The notes: generated by a model from the letters alone, not told the origin. A stretch of 64,000 nt of DNA from the human T2T-CHM13v2.0 reference genome, Homo sapiens (GCF_009914755.1 NC_060941.1), one strand, 5' to 3'. Counted from the stretch's first letter, positions 12,201-26,730 are shown. Program-made: numbers and translations.

Positions 12201-12384
12201 AAAAATTAAAAAGGGTTAGTATTAGGCAACTACTTGGTATCCACAGTTCTCCTATGGCAAACTCCTATGGCAAAAAGAGCAACTAATTTTATCTTATTTC
12301 ACAAACTTCTTATGAAAATAGGACATATTTTCATAAGAAGAAGAATTTATCCATGAAAATAGGACTATTTTCATAAGAAGTTTG

Positions 12385-12423
12385 TGTGCCACTGCACTCC
12401 AGCCTGGGCAACAGAGCAAGACT
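12385..12423 (+). mobile_element. 39-bp Alu fragment without tail or TSD
   Basis: tgtgccactgcactccagcctgggcaacagagcaagact. Confidence 0.85.
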
Positions 12424-12559
12424 GCATAAGTCTTAAAGATAGAGTTTATGATTTATAACAAAAGGTGCTTATGTCTTAAAGATACATACGTTTATGATTT
12501 GTGAAGTTATAAATCATAAATCTTAAAAATAAATTCTGATAACTTTTTTAAAAATTGAA

Positions 12560-13970
12560 AACTCATGAGCCACTAGAAGTGTGAACATTGCCAGCCTCCC
12601 TAAAGCCTTATTAGTTACCCTCCACCCAAAGGTAACCACTATTTTGACCTCTATCAGTACAAATAAATTTTGTCCTTTTCAAACTTTGTATAAATGGAAT
12701 CACATAGTATGTAACTTTTTGGGGTCAGGCTTCTTCATGCATATTATATGCCTATGGGATTCATCCATGTTGTGGAATGTAAGAGTAATATTTTTCAGTA
12801 CTGTATATAGCATGCTAAAATAATTTATCCATTCTATTGATGAGTTGTCTTCAGTTTTTGACTATTAAAAATAATGTGGCTATGAAAACTCTCATACATG
12901 TTTTATGATGCATACATGTACAGATTTCTTTTGGTTATACATGTTGCAGTGAAACCGCTGTCATAAGATGTGCCTATGTCAAGCCTCAGTAGTTACTATC
13001 AAGGAGCTTTTCAAACTGGATATAAAAATTTGAACTTCTTACAGCAGTGTATGAGACTTCAGACTATTCTGTATCTTTGTCAAAACTTTGTACTGTGATT
13101 TTGTTTTTTTAATTTTAGCCCTTTTTGTAGGTATGTAGAGATACTGAATTTACATTTCCCTGACTATTAATAATTTGAGCACCTTTTTAAGTATTTATTA
13201 ATCATCTGAATAGCTTCTTTTGTGGGCTGCCTATTCAAATACATTGCTCTTTTTTATTGAATTGTTTTTCTTGATGATTTTTTCTATATTTAAAATGCAA
13301 GACCTTTATTGAATAAAGGAATTGCAGATATCTTCTTCCATTCTGAATTGCCTTTTCCCTTTTTTTCTTTTTTTTTTTTTTTTGAGACAGAGTCTTGCTG
13401 TGCTCTGTTGCCCAGGCTAGAGTGCAGTGGTGCAATCTCGGCTCACTGCAGGCTCCACCTACTGGTTCAAGAGATTCTCATGCCTCAGCCTCCCGAGTAG
13501 CTGGCAGCATGTGCCAACCACGCTTGGCGAATTGTTGTATTTTTAATAGATACAGGGTTTTGCCATGTTGGCCAGGCTGTCTCAAACTGCTGGTCTCAGG
13601 TGATCTGCCTCCCTTGGCCTTCCAAAGTGCTGGGATTACAGGCGTAGGCCACCATGCCAGCCTCTTTTCCCTTTCTTAATGATACCTTTGGTGATCAAAA
13701 GGTATTAATTTTAATATATTCTAATTTATTAGTATCTTTCTTTAAGGTAAACATTTAATTTCCCTTTTAAGAAACCTTTGACTAGTCCAGGCCAAGAAGA
13801 TATTCTAAGATTTCCTCTTTAAGTTTTATCATTTTATCTGCACATTTAATTCTAAGATGTTCCTAAAATGGGTTTATTAAATGATGTGAAGGTTCAAGAT
13901 GCATTTTTTCTATATGAATATTCAATTGACCAATTTATTGAAAGAACCACTTTTCACAGTAAATGGCTTG
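12560..13970 (-). mobile_element. Old L1M (ME/MC-type) 3' region, interrupted by an Alu
   Basis: ggtaaccactattttgacctct...ataaatggaatcacatagtatgta...atttacatttccctgact. Confidence 0.8.
13360..13662 (-). mobile_element. AluS
   Basis: Alu consensus match; TSD cttttcccttt. Confidence 0.95.
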
Positions 13971-14230
13971 GTAAAAAAAAAAAAGTAAATAATTGTAATT
14001 TTCATTAAAACTATTATCCTATATTACTAGTCCCCAAAATTCAAAAGAACAAGGAGAAAATGATTTTAGAATTATTATATAATGAATATACATTGAGAAA
14101 CAAAAAATATAGCCATCACCAAAATAAGTATTGTAGGAAATTAAAATTTTTGTCAAACAAGGAAAAACATTATGTTTGACCTAAGTGGCAAATAGACCAG
14201 AGTTTAAATGTTAATTTATTAAAAAAACAC

Positions 14231-14375
14231 CTTTAAGCAAAACAGTGTATAGCAGGTCCTCAAATAACATCATTTCATTATAATAACGAGAAAAAAAATT
14301 TGGTTTCATTATATGTCACTTCACTTATAATCAGTTTCCAAAAACCTATCAATGACATTAAATAAGGACTTACTG
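14231..14375 (+). mobile_element. MER6-family (Tigger) fragment
   Basis: gcaggtcctcaaataacatc...cagtttccaaaaacctatcaatgacattaaataaggacttactg. Confidence 0.7.
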
Positions 14376-14414
14376 TATACAAAGGCTAGTATATACTGTA
14401 TACACAGGTCAGTA

Positions 14415-15725
14415 TTTCCTTGGTCAGGTGAGAGGGTGCAAGAGAAATGATACCCCAACTGCAGCATGCATAACTAGCACACAGATATTGGTTTCCAATA
14501 CCATTTCTCCATATAATCCGTATTGATGGGGCCATGTCCAAGAAGCACAGAAGTCAAATGAAAGAGCTCCCAATGGCCAAAGCTGGAACAATTTGAGCAA
14601 CAAAATGAAGAAATATTGGCTTATAACCCAAAGCATAAGAAAAATATCCACATTCTCATATTAGTATGAATAAATAATAGAATAAATTGATAAATAAGGA
14701 GAAAAAGTCTCCCATGCAGAAAAATTCCAAAAATTTATATAGATACCCCACCCTCAAGAGCAGGGAGTAAAACTCCCTACTTCTTAAACACAGGCTGCCA
14801 AACGGTAACTTCCTTTCAAGTAGTACAGTATGGAAAGGTGGGGAGTAACTTTACACTGGAGAAACCTAATTAACACTACCTCAGCCAGATGATCAAAATT
14901 AATATGCACAGGTATGATGTCATGTTGATAATATGTATTCATGGCTGGGCACAGTGATTCATGCCTGTAATCCCAGCACTTTGGGAGACTGAGGAAGGCA
15001 GATCACCTGAGGTCAGGAGTTCGAGACCAGCCTGGCCAACATGGCAAAACCCTGTCTCTACTGAAAACTACAAAAATTAGCTGGGCATGGTGGCACACAC
15101 CTGTAATCCTAGCTACTCAGGAGGCTGAAGCAGGAGAATCACCTGAACCCAGGAGGCGGAGGTTGTAGTGAGCTGAGATTGTGCAACTACACTTTAGCCT
15201 GGGTGACAGAGAGAGACTGTCTCAACAAAATAAAATAATAAAATAATAATAATATGTATTCATGATATGATACGATGAGAATAGCACTTTAACTCTGAGG
15301 ATCTTCCTGCCTAAACCCACAACCCCAGTCTAATCATGAGGAAAGCATCAGACAGTTTCTACTAGATGGGCATTTTACAATATGCCTAACCAGTCAATAC
15401 TCCTCAAAACTGTCACAGTGATAAAAAACAGGGACAGTCTGAGAAATTATCACAACCAAGAGGAAAGTAAGGAGGCCTAACAACTAAATGTCATGTGGTA
15501 TCCTAGATGAGATCCTGGAAAAGAAACAACATTAGGTAAAAACGAAGGAAATCTGAATAAATGAAAGACTTTAGCTAATAGTGTATCAATATTGATTTAC
15601 TTATTGTGAAAAGTGTACCAAGATAACCTAAGATGTGAAAAACAGGAGAAACCGAGTGCAGGTTATATGGGAATTCTCTGCACTATCTTCTTAAATTTTC
15701 TGTAAATCTAAAACTATTAAAAAAA
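14415..15725 (+). mobile_element. L1MC/MD-type 3'UTR, interrupted by an Alu
   Basis: gagctcccaatggccaaagctggaacaatttgagcaacaaaat...tttctgtaaatctaaaactattaaaaaa. Confidence 0.8.
14943..15250 (+). mobile_element. AluSx-like
   Basis: TSD ataatatgtattcat. Confidence 0.96.
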
Positions 15726-15952
15726 GTGTCTATTTTTAAATGGTCATTTTATTCAACATGATGAATTGGTGCTATTTGGAGATTCTCTCGATTATAATCA
15801 TTGTGAGCTTGGGAGAAGAAATGGTGATAGAAACTATAAAATCAAATTCTAGCTATCTCAGTGTGTCCATGAGTAGTTCTATGAATTATCATATGTCACT
15901 ACTAACATAGTTAAATATTTCAGATGTCTAAGGCTTTTGGCACTCTTTAAGG

Positions 15953-16428
15953 TAAAGGATCTTAACCTACCTTAACCTACCATAGAGGATCATGGATGGA
16001 ATTCAGACTGTCGCTGAATTTGAATTTTTTCTTTAAAGTTCACTTTCATTTTCACCACCCTAACTGAAAGTTAACATTTCCCAATTGTGAATGTAGTCAT
16101 CAGACAAAGGTAGCATTAGCAATACCTGGAACAAACAGAAATCATGGATATTTTTATAGTTCATTACACTACTGAGCAATCACTATACATTGTTTACCCT
16201 CATTAGAAATTACTATCATGCCTACTGCTAGATTTTGATATTTACTGCATTAATTTAGAAGCATATGTATTACTTTATCACAGTTTTGATTTATGAATAT
16301 TTTAACTGTAACTCAATATAATTTTTCTTTGTAATCTTTTATTTTTAAAATACTATTCTGAGAAGGACTACACAGAATTCACCAGATTCCCAGCAGGGTC
16401 CATGGTACAAAAGATGTTAAGAACTCCA
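15953..16428 (-). mobile_element. hAT-Charlie element (Charlie4a-like)
   Basis: Ends ...tattctgagaagga...gggtccatggtacaaaagatgttaagaactcca, the reverse complement of the remembered Charlie4a start. Confidence 0.7.
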
Positions 16429-17269
16429 GTAAGAAAGCCTAGAATCTCAATAAAGCCGCCCACAGATTTTCAGTGTGTCTAAACCCTAATGTCAATAGAC
16501 CCTATCATTTTACAGCCTTCATCTTCCCAAGCATCTAGCAAGGAAGCTATAATTTTTATATTTACGTTTTAATATTTGTTTTAAAAATCTATTGTTTGCA
16601 TATTTTCACTATGAGTTTCTCATAAGAAAATCCCTGCCAATACCAAAATGCGTAAGTCTCATAATCTATACAAGTGTCTGCTTACAATAAATGGCAATAA
16701 GACAACACTAGACTCAACAAAAAAGAAAAAAGCCTGAAAGAACAGCAAAACAGAGAAACTGATTCTCAGTGACAGTCCCATCTTTCATCTTAAGCCAGGC
16801 CTTGAACTCTACCTTGTTTAATTATTAAATCAGGAGCTGCTCAGCAAGACCTGTCTACTTTTGACGATTCTTAAATTCAATCCTGCTGACAGACTCCGTC
16901 CATGTTTCTCTATATTTACTAGTATTACCTATGACAAGGTTTGAATGCTAATTTTTAAAATTCAACTTTCATTAAAAATAGAATGAAAGTTCTCTGACAG
17001 GTACCTCTTGGCTCCAAAGCATGACTTTTCTTTTTATCCCAAACTTATAAAAATTAAAAATCCCATTGTGAATGATATTTCTCTCAATATTATTTAATAA
17101 ATAAAATATACCTATGCAATAAATATCAAAGCAATATATTTTACAAATTTCCATTGTAATATTATTTAATATATTTATTAAATATATTCACTTTGTGAAG
17201 ATTTAGAATGTTGAAATAATGAAAATGTATTTTAGATTTAAATTTGTTTTTTGTCCATGCCTTTAAATA

Positions 17270-17750
17270 TCAAAGAGGTATCTGTACACCCACGTACACA
17301 GCAGCATTATTCACAACAGCCAAAAGGCAGAAGCAACTCAACTGTCCATCTGCCAATGAATGGACACACATGTGGTATATGCATAGAGTGGAATTATTAT
17401 TTAGCCTTTAAAAAGGAATTTTGACACAAGCCACAACATGAATGGACCATAATGACATTATGCGAAGTGAAATACGCCAGTCACTGAAGGACAAATACTG
17501 CATAATTCCACTTACATGAGTTTCCTAGAATGGTCAAATTCGTAAGAGACTAAAAGTGAGGAACTGAATAAAGACGGCAAATGGAGAATTATTGTTTACT
17601 GGGTACAAAGTATTAGGAAAGATGACAAAATTTGGAGCTGGATGGTAGTGATAGTTGCACTACAATGTAAATGTACTTAATGCCACTGAACTATATACTT
17701 ATAATTATTAAAATGGTAAATTTCATGTTACGTCTATTCAATAAAAAAAG
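17270..17750 (+). mobile_element. L1MB 3' end
   Basis: cagcagcattattcacaacagccaaaaggcagaagcaac...aatgtacttaatgccactgaac. Confidence 0.85.
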
Positions 17751-17856
17751 AATGACGAAAAAGAATGTGATGATTTATTTGTATCCTAAATATATAAAAT
17801 GTTCCTATAAATTAAGGAAAAGAATAACTCAATTTAAAAATAGACAAAGGGGATGA

Positions 17857-18260
<404 letters not shown>

Positions 18261-18391
18261 TAAGTCCAAGTCTTGGCAAGGATGTGAAGACAATTCCTAC
18301 TCTTGTTGAGCAGTGCCATAAACTGGTATGACCACTTTGAAAAGCTTACTATGGATACAGAAATTACACTCTTAAATACATACTCCCTAAA

Positions 18392-19210
<819 letters not shown>

Positions 19211-19460
19211 AAAAAGTTTTTAAAAATATAGTCCTCAAAGAAAGCATACACCATACTAGTGTGTTTAACTACTAAAAATGGGTCCCAAATTTGACTCTGA
19301 GCAACCTAAACAAAATAGAAAACATGATCGTTTATAAGGATCTTCCATGAGCATATTAAGCTTTTCTCCTTCTTAAATCCAATGGTTTAATTTTCAATAT
19401 TTTCATTTATAAGTGATAACATAATTAAAACAAAAATTAAATCACATTTTTTACCTATTT

Positions 19461-19927
19461 TGTGAGCTGAATTGTGTCCTCCAAAAAGATATGTTGAAGG
19501 ACAATCTCCCGTACCTATGAGTGTGGCCTTATTTGGTTGGAAATAGTGTCTTTGCAGATGTAAACAAGTTAAAATGATATCATACTGGATTAGGGTGGGC
19601 CCTAAATCCAACAACTTCTGTCATTATGAGAAGGCCATGTGAAGACATCGAGACAGAAATACACAATGAAAATGCAAATGTTGACAGAGCAGGACTGCCA
19701 TGCTGCAGCTGTAAGCCAGAAAATGGCGAGGACCACCCGCGGCCACCAGAAGCTCCACAGAGACAAGAAGAATTTTCCTCTACCAGAACCTTCAAGAAAA
19801 GCAGGTTCTGCTGGTGCCTTGCTTTCATTCATACTTCAGGTCTTCAAAACTGTGAGGCAATAAATTTCTGTTGCTTTAAGCCACTCGGTTTGTGGTCATT
19901 TGCCACAGCAGCCCTAGGAAATCAACA
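19461..19927 (+). mobile_element. MLT1 (MaLR) solo LTR, MLT1B/C-like
   Basis: tgaattgtgtcctccaaaaagatatgttgaa...aataaatttctgttgctttaagccac...gcagccctaggaaa. Confidence 0.88.
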
Positions 19928-19957
19928 TAACTATCAAACTGGCCAACTTTCGGTTTG

Positions 19958-20297
<340 letters not shown>

Positions 20298-20728
20298 TAA
20301 AACACCCATGTTTGGTTTGAAAATGTAGAAGAATGGACATTCACATATACTTTCAATTAGAGAGTAATTTTATTATGTAGATATTAATTTTTTTCTTTTT
20401 CATCATCTCTTTTCTAAAGTTTCAATAGTGAGCTTGTATATCTTTTTGCAATAACAAAAACTTTCATTTTAAAACCACTATTGTCACCATTATTTAACAT
20501 TTTTCTGTAAGTTCTAGTCAGTGTATGATAAATTATAAAATACTTGCTACATACATGTAAAGGGTTGAAATTTCTAACACACATTTATTCTTGAGTCTTT
20601 TATACAGCAGAAATATAAAACTTTATACAACAAAAGTTTGAGACTCAGGAATAAATATTACAAAAGATGTCCTAAAGACCCCAGAGTACTGTTTTCTTTA
20701 TTAACTTGGTAAATTGATTCTAAATGTA

Positions 20729-21054
20729 CAATCATCCCTTGCCGTCTGTGGGAAACTAATTGCAGGACCCCCTACAATACCAAAATCCAGAGATGTTCAA
20801 GTCCCTTATGTCAAATGACATAGTACTTGCATATACCCTATACACCTCCTGCTGTATATTTTAAATCATATCCAGATTACCTACAATATGTCTAATACAA
20901 CGTAAGTGCTACATAAATAGCTGTTATGCAGTATTTTTATTTGTATTATTTCTATTGTTGTATCATTTTTGTTTTTTTTTAATTTTTTTGAATATTTTTA
21001 TGTGTGGTTGGTTGAATCACAAATGAGGAACCGATAGATCCAGACAGCTGACTG
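20729..21054 (+). mobile_element. MER2 (Tigger MITE)
   Basis: caatcatccct...caggaccccc...ttcaagtccctt...gttggttgaatc...gctgactg, flanked by TA. Confidence 0.85.
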
Positions 21055-21477
21055 TATTTGTAAAAGGAAAGGGCCCAGAGTGGCCGAGACTCTTCTGATG
21101 AAGAAGGAAGGAAGACTTCCTTATCAGACATCAAGAGTAATTATGAAGCTGTAATAGAGATGACAGTATAATCATTGCAGAGCCAGAGAAATTATCCAAT
21201 GTTCACATATATAGAAGTTCAATATATAAGAGCAGGCATGACAGATCAATGAAGGAAGGAGGAATTACTCTAAAGTAAAGCTGGGAAAAAAAAGTTATCC
21301 ACATAGAAAAAAACAAAATTAAATCTCTTATCCTGCATTAGTCACAAAAACTAACTCCAGAAGGATTAAGGCCTCAATGTTAAAGGCAAAACTTTAAAGT
21401 TTTTCATAGAATATATAGGCGAACCTTCTTGCACTTACAATAGAGACAGATTTGTTTAACAAGACATAAAAAGCACT

Positions 21478-21778
21478 ATTTTGTTTTTTTTATTTTTGAG
21501 ACAGAGTCTCGCTCTGTTGCCTAGGCTGAAGTGCAGTGGTGTGATCTCGGCTCACTGTAACCTCTGTCTCCTGGGTTCAGACAATTCTCCTGCCTCAGCC
21601 TTCTGAGTAGCTGGGATTACAGGTACGCATCACCAAGCCCAGCTAATTCTGTATTTTTAGTATAGATGGGGTTTCTCCATGTTGGCCAGGCTGATCTCGA
21701 ACTCCTGGCCTCAGGTGATTCGCCCACCTCGGCCTCCCAAAATATTGGGATTACAGGGGAGAGCCACCGTGCCAGGCC
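21478..21778 (-). mobile_element. AluS within a degraded L1M ORF2 relic (about 21060-21850)
   Basis: TSD aaaaagcacta. Confidence 0.95.
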
Positions 21779-22325
21779 AAAAAAGCACTAATTGTAAAAG
21801 ACTTATACATTTGACTAAGTTAAAATAAGAACTTCTTTCATCAAAAGACCATCTTTCCCTCCAAATCCTATCAGCTGATGTATTACAATCTAGGAGACTG
21901 TCTCTCTCCAAAGTTGTATTTCTCTCCCTTAGGATTACAAGGCTTGCTGATCGCACATGGGAATTTGCAAAGGAGAGTTCAACAGTGGTCCTGTGGTATT
22001 ATGGAGATCTCTCCCTGAGGTTCACCCCATCCCTGCTACTTGAACAGACTCTAATTGACCAAAACAAGGACCTAGTCTTCCAGGTTTTCCCCAATAACTT
22101 ATAAACCCAAGGGACATGGGCTCACAGTCCAAAATAACTAGATACCTCAAAAAAAACACTATGAAAGAAAGTCAGCAGTACTTGCATATATATAATAATA
22201 TTATCACCTATATTATCATTCATAATACACAGCACATTATGACTTATATAACATTCTGAAGATAAATTATGAGAACAGATGAACTAAGAATTTTAAATAA
22301 GCTTAATTAATAAAGAGTCAAATGA

Positions 22326-22623
22326 GGCCAGCTGCAGTGGTGCACACCTGTAATCACAGCACTTTGGGAGGCCAAGGTGGGTGGATCACCTGAGGTCAGG
22401 AGTTTGAGACCAGCCTGGCCAACATGGCGAAACTCCATCTCTACTAAAAATACAAAAATCAGCTGGGCCGTGGTGGCACACACCTGTAATCTCAGCTACT
22501 CTGGAGGTTGAGGCAGGAGAACTGATTGAAGCCAGGAGGTGGAGGCTGCAGTGAGCTGAGATTGTGCCACTGCACTACATCTGGGCGACAGAGTGAAACT
22601 TCATCTCAAAAAAGTAAATAAAT
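22326..22623 (+). mobile_element. AluSx-like
   Basis: 17-bp TSD aataaagagtcaaatga. Confidence 0.96.
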
Positions 22624-23851
22624 AAAGAGTCAAATGAAAATACTAGGTATAAAAAATAATCACTGAAATAAAAAGTAATAGATCCCTAAGCAGGAGTAAC
22701 TCTACCAAAGAATTAACTGATGAGAGTAAAAACAGAATGAGAAACTATCATAGAAATAAAGAATAGGAAGAAAATACAAAGAGATAGAAAATACAGCATA
22801 AGACCTAAGAGGTAGAAGGGATAGATCTTTTCAAAGAAATAATGATTGTAAATACTCAGAACTAAATAAAAAACTCAAATTTAAAGGGCTCAAAATAATG
22901 CCAAAAAGTCCATAACTAGAGACATTATAGTGATATTTACATATATAAAAATCAAAGAGATGATGTTCAAAACTGCTCATCTCAGATCTTCATACTTGAA
23001 AACCAAGTGGGGTCACATTTTTTTCTAATGTTTATTTTTTATTAATAGATGTGGCTCCAGTGTCTTCTGGAAATGGATATTGAGATAAAGAAACCTAAAG
23101 GTATTTCGCATTTTTTCTCATATTAGTGACTTAATTTTTTGTTGTTTTTTCTTCAGGGTAGGGGAATGGGGAGAGGATGTCAGTGTTTTACAATTTGGAC
23201 ACTCAAAGGATTCTAGAGCCTCAAGGACTCCCAGGGATCTGTTCACCACACTTGGCCAGTTGCCATGGTAAAAACCTCAACTGTGCCTGAAGTCTCCCAA
23301 TCCAGAGACTGTTGTATTCTCTCCAGAAAATAACCTAGTGTCTTCTGCTGAGTTGTAGAAGAGACAATCCCATGCTTCACAAAATGGGGGAGAAGATATA
23401 AAGATTTGGTCATTTTTTATTTTATTATTTTTAAAAAGTCATATTATCAAATATCTACAAAATTACAAGGAAGAGTATAAAAAACCCCCTTGTACCTAAC
23501 ACTCCAATTAAACATCTAGCTGCCTCTTAAATAGGCCTTCTAGCAATTTATGTGTTGAAGGGCCACTTATCAGCCCTCTTCCAGAGATGCCTAGAGCCTC
23601 TGGAGCTCCCATGGTGTAATTCATCTTGCTTCTCAGGTTCCTTCACTGCTGATTTAGGGTTATGCTTTCTTGAGCCTGCTAGATCAATTTCAACAAATCC
23701 ATTGCCTTTCCAACTCCAAAAATTGTATTGCTCTCTTATTCTCTTTGTCCATCAGGGCTTACACCTTTTTCTTTACCCTATTCCTATTATTTCCATGGAA
23801 GGGAATGGAGGCCCAAACAATTTTCCACTCTTCATCAAACAAATGTGTTAA

Positions 23852-24104
23852 TTTTTTCTTTTTTTTGGATCCATTGCCCAAGCTGGCATCCAGTAGCACA
23901 ATCACACCTCACTGCAACCTTGACCTAATGGGCTCAAGTAATCCTCCTGCCTCAGCCTCCCAACTAACTGGGACTACAAGCACACCCCACCGGGCCTAGC
24001 TAATTTTTTTTTTTTAAGAGACATGGTCTCACCATGTTACCCTGGATGGTCTTGAATTCCTGGGCTCAATCAATCTAACTACCTCAGTCTCCCAAAGTGC
24101 TGGG
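23852..24104 (-). mobile_element. Degraded AluJ
   Basis: gggctcaagtaatcctcctgcctcagcc...cccaaagtgctggga. Confidence 0.88.
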
Positions 24105-24693
24105 AACTTCTTTAACTGAGTCCTTCTTTTTCGTTTGTGTGTCTCTCTTGATTGTCATTCTTGTATGTTTCATTTTTGAACATAATATTAACAATGATCT
24201 GAGTGTTTATTATTGTGTATATTAATATAATATTTTATGTATATTAATATATGTATATATTATATACTTAATTTATGTATATTAATATTTCCAACAACTT
24301 ACATTATATTGTACTACTGTTATTCTATTCCACAAATAAGAACAATTAACATCTGAAGAGCTTACATGACACTCAAGCTATTAAGGAGTTGGGATTTGAA
24401 CCCACAACTGTCTGACCCTAAAGTCCAGGTTCCAAACAACTGTGCATAACACTTCTCATTTCTTTTTCAATGTGAGGTAGACCTTAGTGCTGGTCCAAGG
24501 GTGCAAGGTAACACACTCTAAGATATATGTGTCATACGCCTGGGTAACAACTCTTGTTTAAATTCCACAGCTTTAAATTCAAGAAAGTACTTGGACCAAG
24601 CCAGGCTGGCCTGGGGAGGTTGTGAATGGTAAATGAGACAGAGTTCATGCCTGGGATACAACACTTGACCATTCTATGAGGTCATATTACATA

Positions 24694-25189
24694 CAGATGC
24701 TCCTTGACTTAAAATGAGATCATGTCCCAATAAACCTTATCATTAAGTTTCAAATATCATTAATTTAAAAATGCATTTAATACACCTAACCTACCAAACA
24801 TCATAGCTTAGCCTGGCCTATCTTAAATGTGTTCAGAACATTTACTTTAGCATACAGATGGGCAAAATCATCTAACACAAAGCCTATTTTATAATGAAGT
24901 ATAGGGTATTTCATGTAATTTACTGAATACTGTATTGAAAGTGAAGAACAGAATGAATGTACAGATGGATGGTCCCCAACTTACAATGGCTTGACTTACA
25001 TGACTTTTTGACTTTACGACAGTGCAAAAGCAATATGCATCACTTTAAGTACCCATGCAACCATTTTTGGAAATAAGCCCATAGTAAATTGAGGAGCACC
25101 TGGTATTCTACTGAATGCATCTTACCTTTGCACCAACATAAAGTCAAAAAACTGTAAGTCAAACCATCGTTAAGTAGGGGACCATTTGT
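24694..25189 (+). mobile_element. MER47/Tigger5 element containing an inverted mini-copy of itself
   Basis: cagatgctccttgactta...aatgcatttaatacacctaacctacc...gtaggggaccatttg. Confidence 0.85.
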
Positions 25190-25679
25190 ATCAGTAACAA
25201 GACTGATGCGATGCACTGAACACGGACATGAGGAGCTCTGAGCCACATGCAGAGTAGCCTTCCAGCAAAACTGTTCCAGGCTTATGGATCTTGAGATGTA
25301 AGGCAGGTTCCTAAAGAGCTGAAGACAGTCACTTCCCCAGACCTAGACTCCACAGCCATATATATATATAATCAATGAAGATTCTCTTTGGGAGATCCTC
25401 TATCTCACCCTGACCAGTGTCACAGGTCTCTCTGCTGTGTAGCCTGATTGTGGTGACCTCCTTCCTGAATTACTTCAGTAAGGACCATTTTGGGCTTACC
25501 CATGTGATGTCTATGTCTGGTTCCTGAGTTAATATGATCTATTAAGAACACTGGTCAGAGTGGTCACACTACTCCAATCTCCCTCTTTGATTTCCTTCAC
25601 ATTAGCATTATTTTCAGAAAAACAATCAAGTCTTCCATTTAAAAAAAATGAAACAAACAAAAAAAGATAGAAAAGAAAT

Positions 25680-25985
25680 GGCCAGGCGTGGTTGATCATG
25701 ACTGTAATCCCAACACTTTGGGAGGCCAACGCGGGCAGATCGCTTGAGTCCAGGAGTTCAAGACCAGCCTGGCCAACGTGGCGGAACCCTGTCTCTACTA
25801 AAAATATAAAAATTAATCGGATGCTGTGGCATGCACCTGTAGTACCAGCCACTTGGGAGGCTTAGGCACAAGAATCGCTTGAGCCTGGGAGGCAGAGGTT
25901 GCAGTGAGCTGAGACTAAGCCACTGTACTCCAGCCTGGGCAACAGAGCAAGACCCTGTCTCGAAGGAAAAAAAAAAAGAAAAGAG
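25680..25985 (+). mobile_element. AluS
   Basis: Full Alu consensus match. Confidence 0.95.
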
Positions 25986-26073
25986 ATTATCTCTGAACTG
26001 AAAGTCAATGGAAAAAAAAACAAGAAGAAAAAAGATTTATAAAGGCTTCTGAGGGTTAAAAAATAATAAATAA

Positions 26074-26377
26074 GACTAGGTACAGGGGCTCACACCTGTA
26101 ATCCCAGCACTTTGGGAGGCCAAGGAGGGTGGATCACAAGGTCAGGAGTTCGAGACCAGCCTGGCCAACATGGTGAAACCCCCTGTCTACTAAAAATACA
26201 AAAAATAGCTGGGCATGGTGGCGGGCACCTGTAATCCCAGCTACTCAGGAGGATAGTTTGAACCCAGGAGGCGGAGGTTGCAGTGAGCCAAGACCATGCC
26301 GTTGCACTCCAGCCTGGGTGACAGGGTGAGACTCCGTCTCAAAAAATAAAAGTAAAAATAATAATAATAAATAAAAA
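26074..26377 (+). mobile_element. AluSg-like
   Basis: ggatcacaaggtcaggagttcgag; A-rich tail. Confidence 0.95.
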
Positions 26378-26586
26378 GCAGCATTAAACACACTAGAGTC
26401 AAATCCCTCACAGACTTCAAGGGTCTGTCCATGGCCACACATAAATCTGTATGGAGTAGGAAGGTAAAGTTTTTCTTTTGATTCTGTAACACACTTCTTT
26501 CTACACTGTGCACATCAGGGAAACATGAGGACATGGAAATTGAGAAGACAGGTTCTAAGATGTCAAGAACAGGTTTAAAGACTCAC

Positions 26587-26730
26587 TGTGGACTGTGTTT
26601 GCGCCATGTATTCACTCTCCATTTTATTCAGACGCACATTTGTATCCTCAAGCAATTCTTGAATGTTTTCAGTGTGTTGCTTTTGAAGATCAAACTTTTC
26701 CTGTTCCATTTCTGCTACAGCATTGTGAAG
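26587..26730 (-). CDS. CEP112: CEP112 coding exon, 144 nt, LHNAVAEMEQEKFDLQKQHTENIQELLEDTNVRLNKMESEYMAQTQST, phase 0/0
   Basis: Acceptor ttttctgatgtAG|CTT, donor ACA|GTGAGT. Confidence 0.95.

Noticed and set aside
24471-25570. Possible ancient ERVL-type LTR (TG...CA) hosting the MER47
   Set aside because: I could not match it to a consensus or find a TSD, so it is left uncalled.
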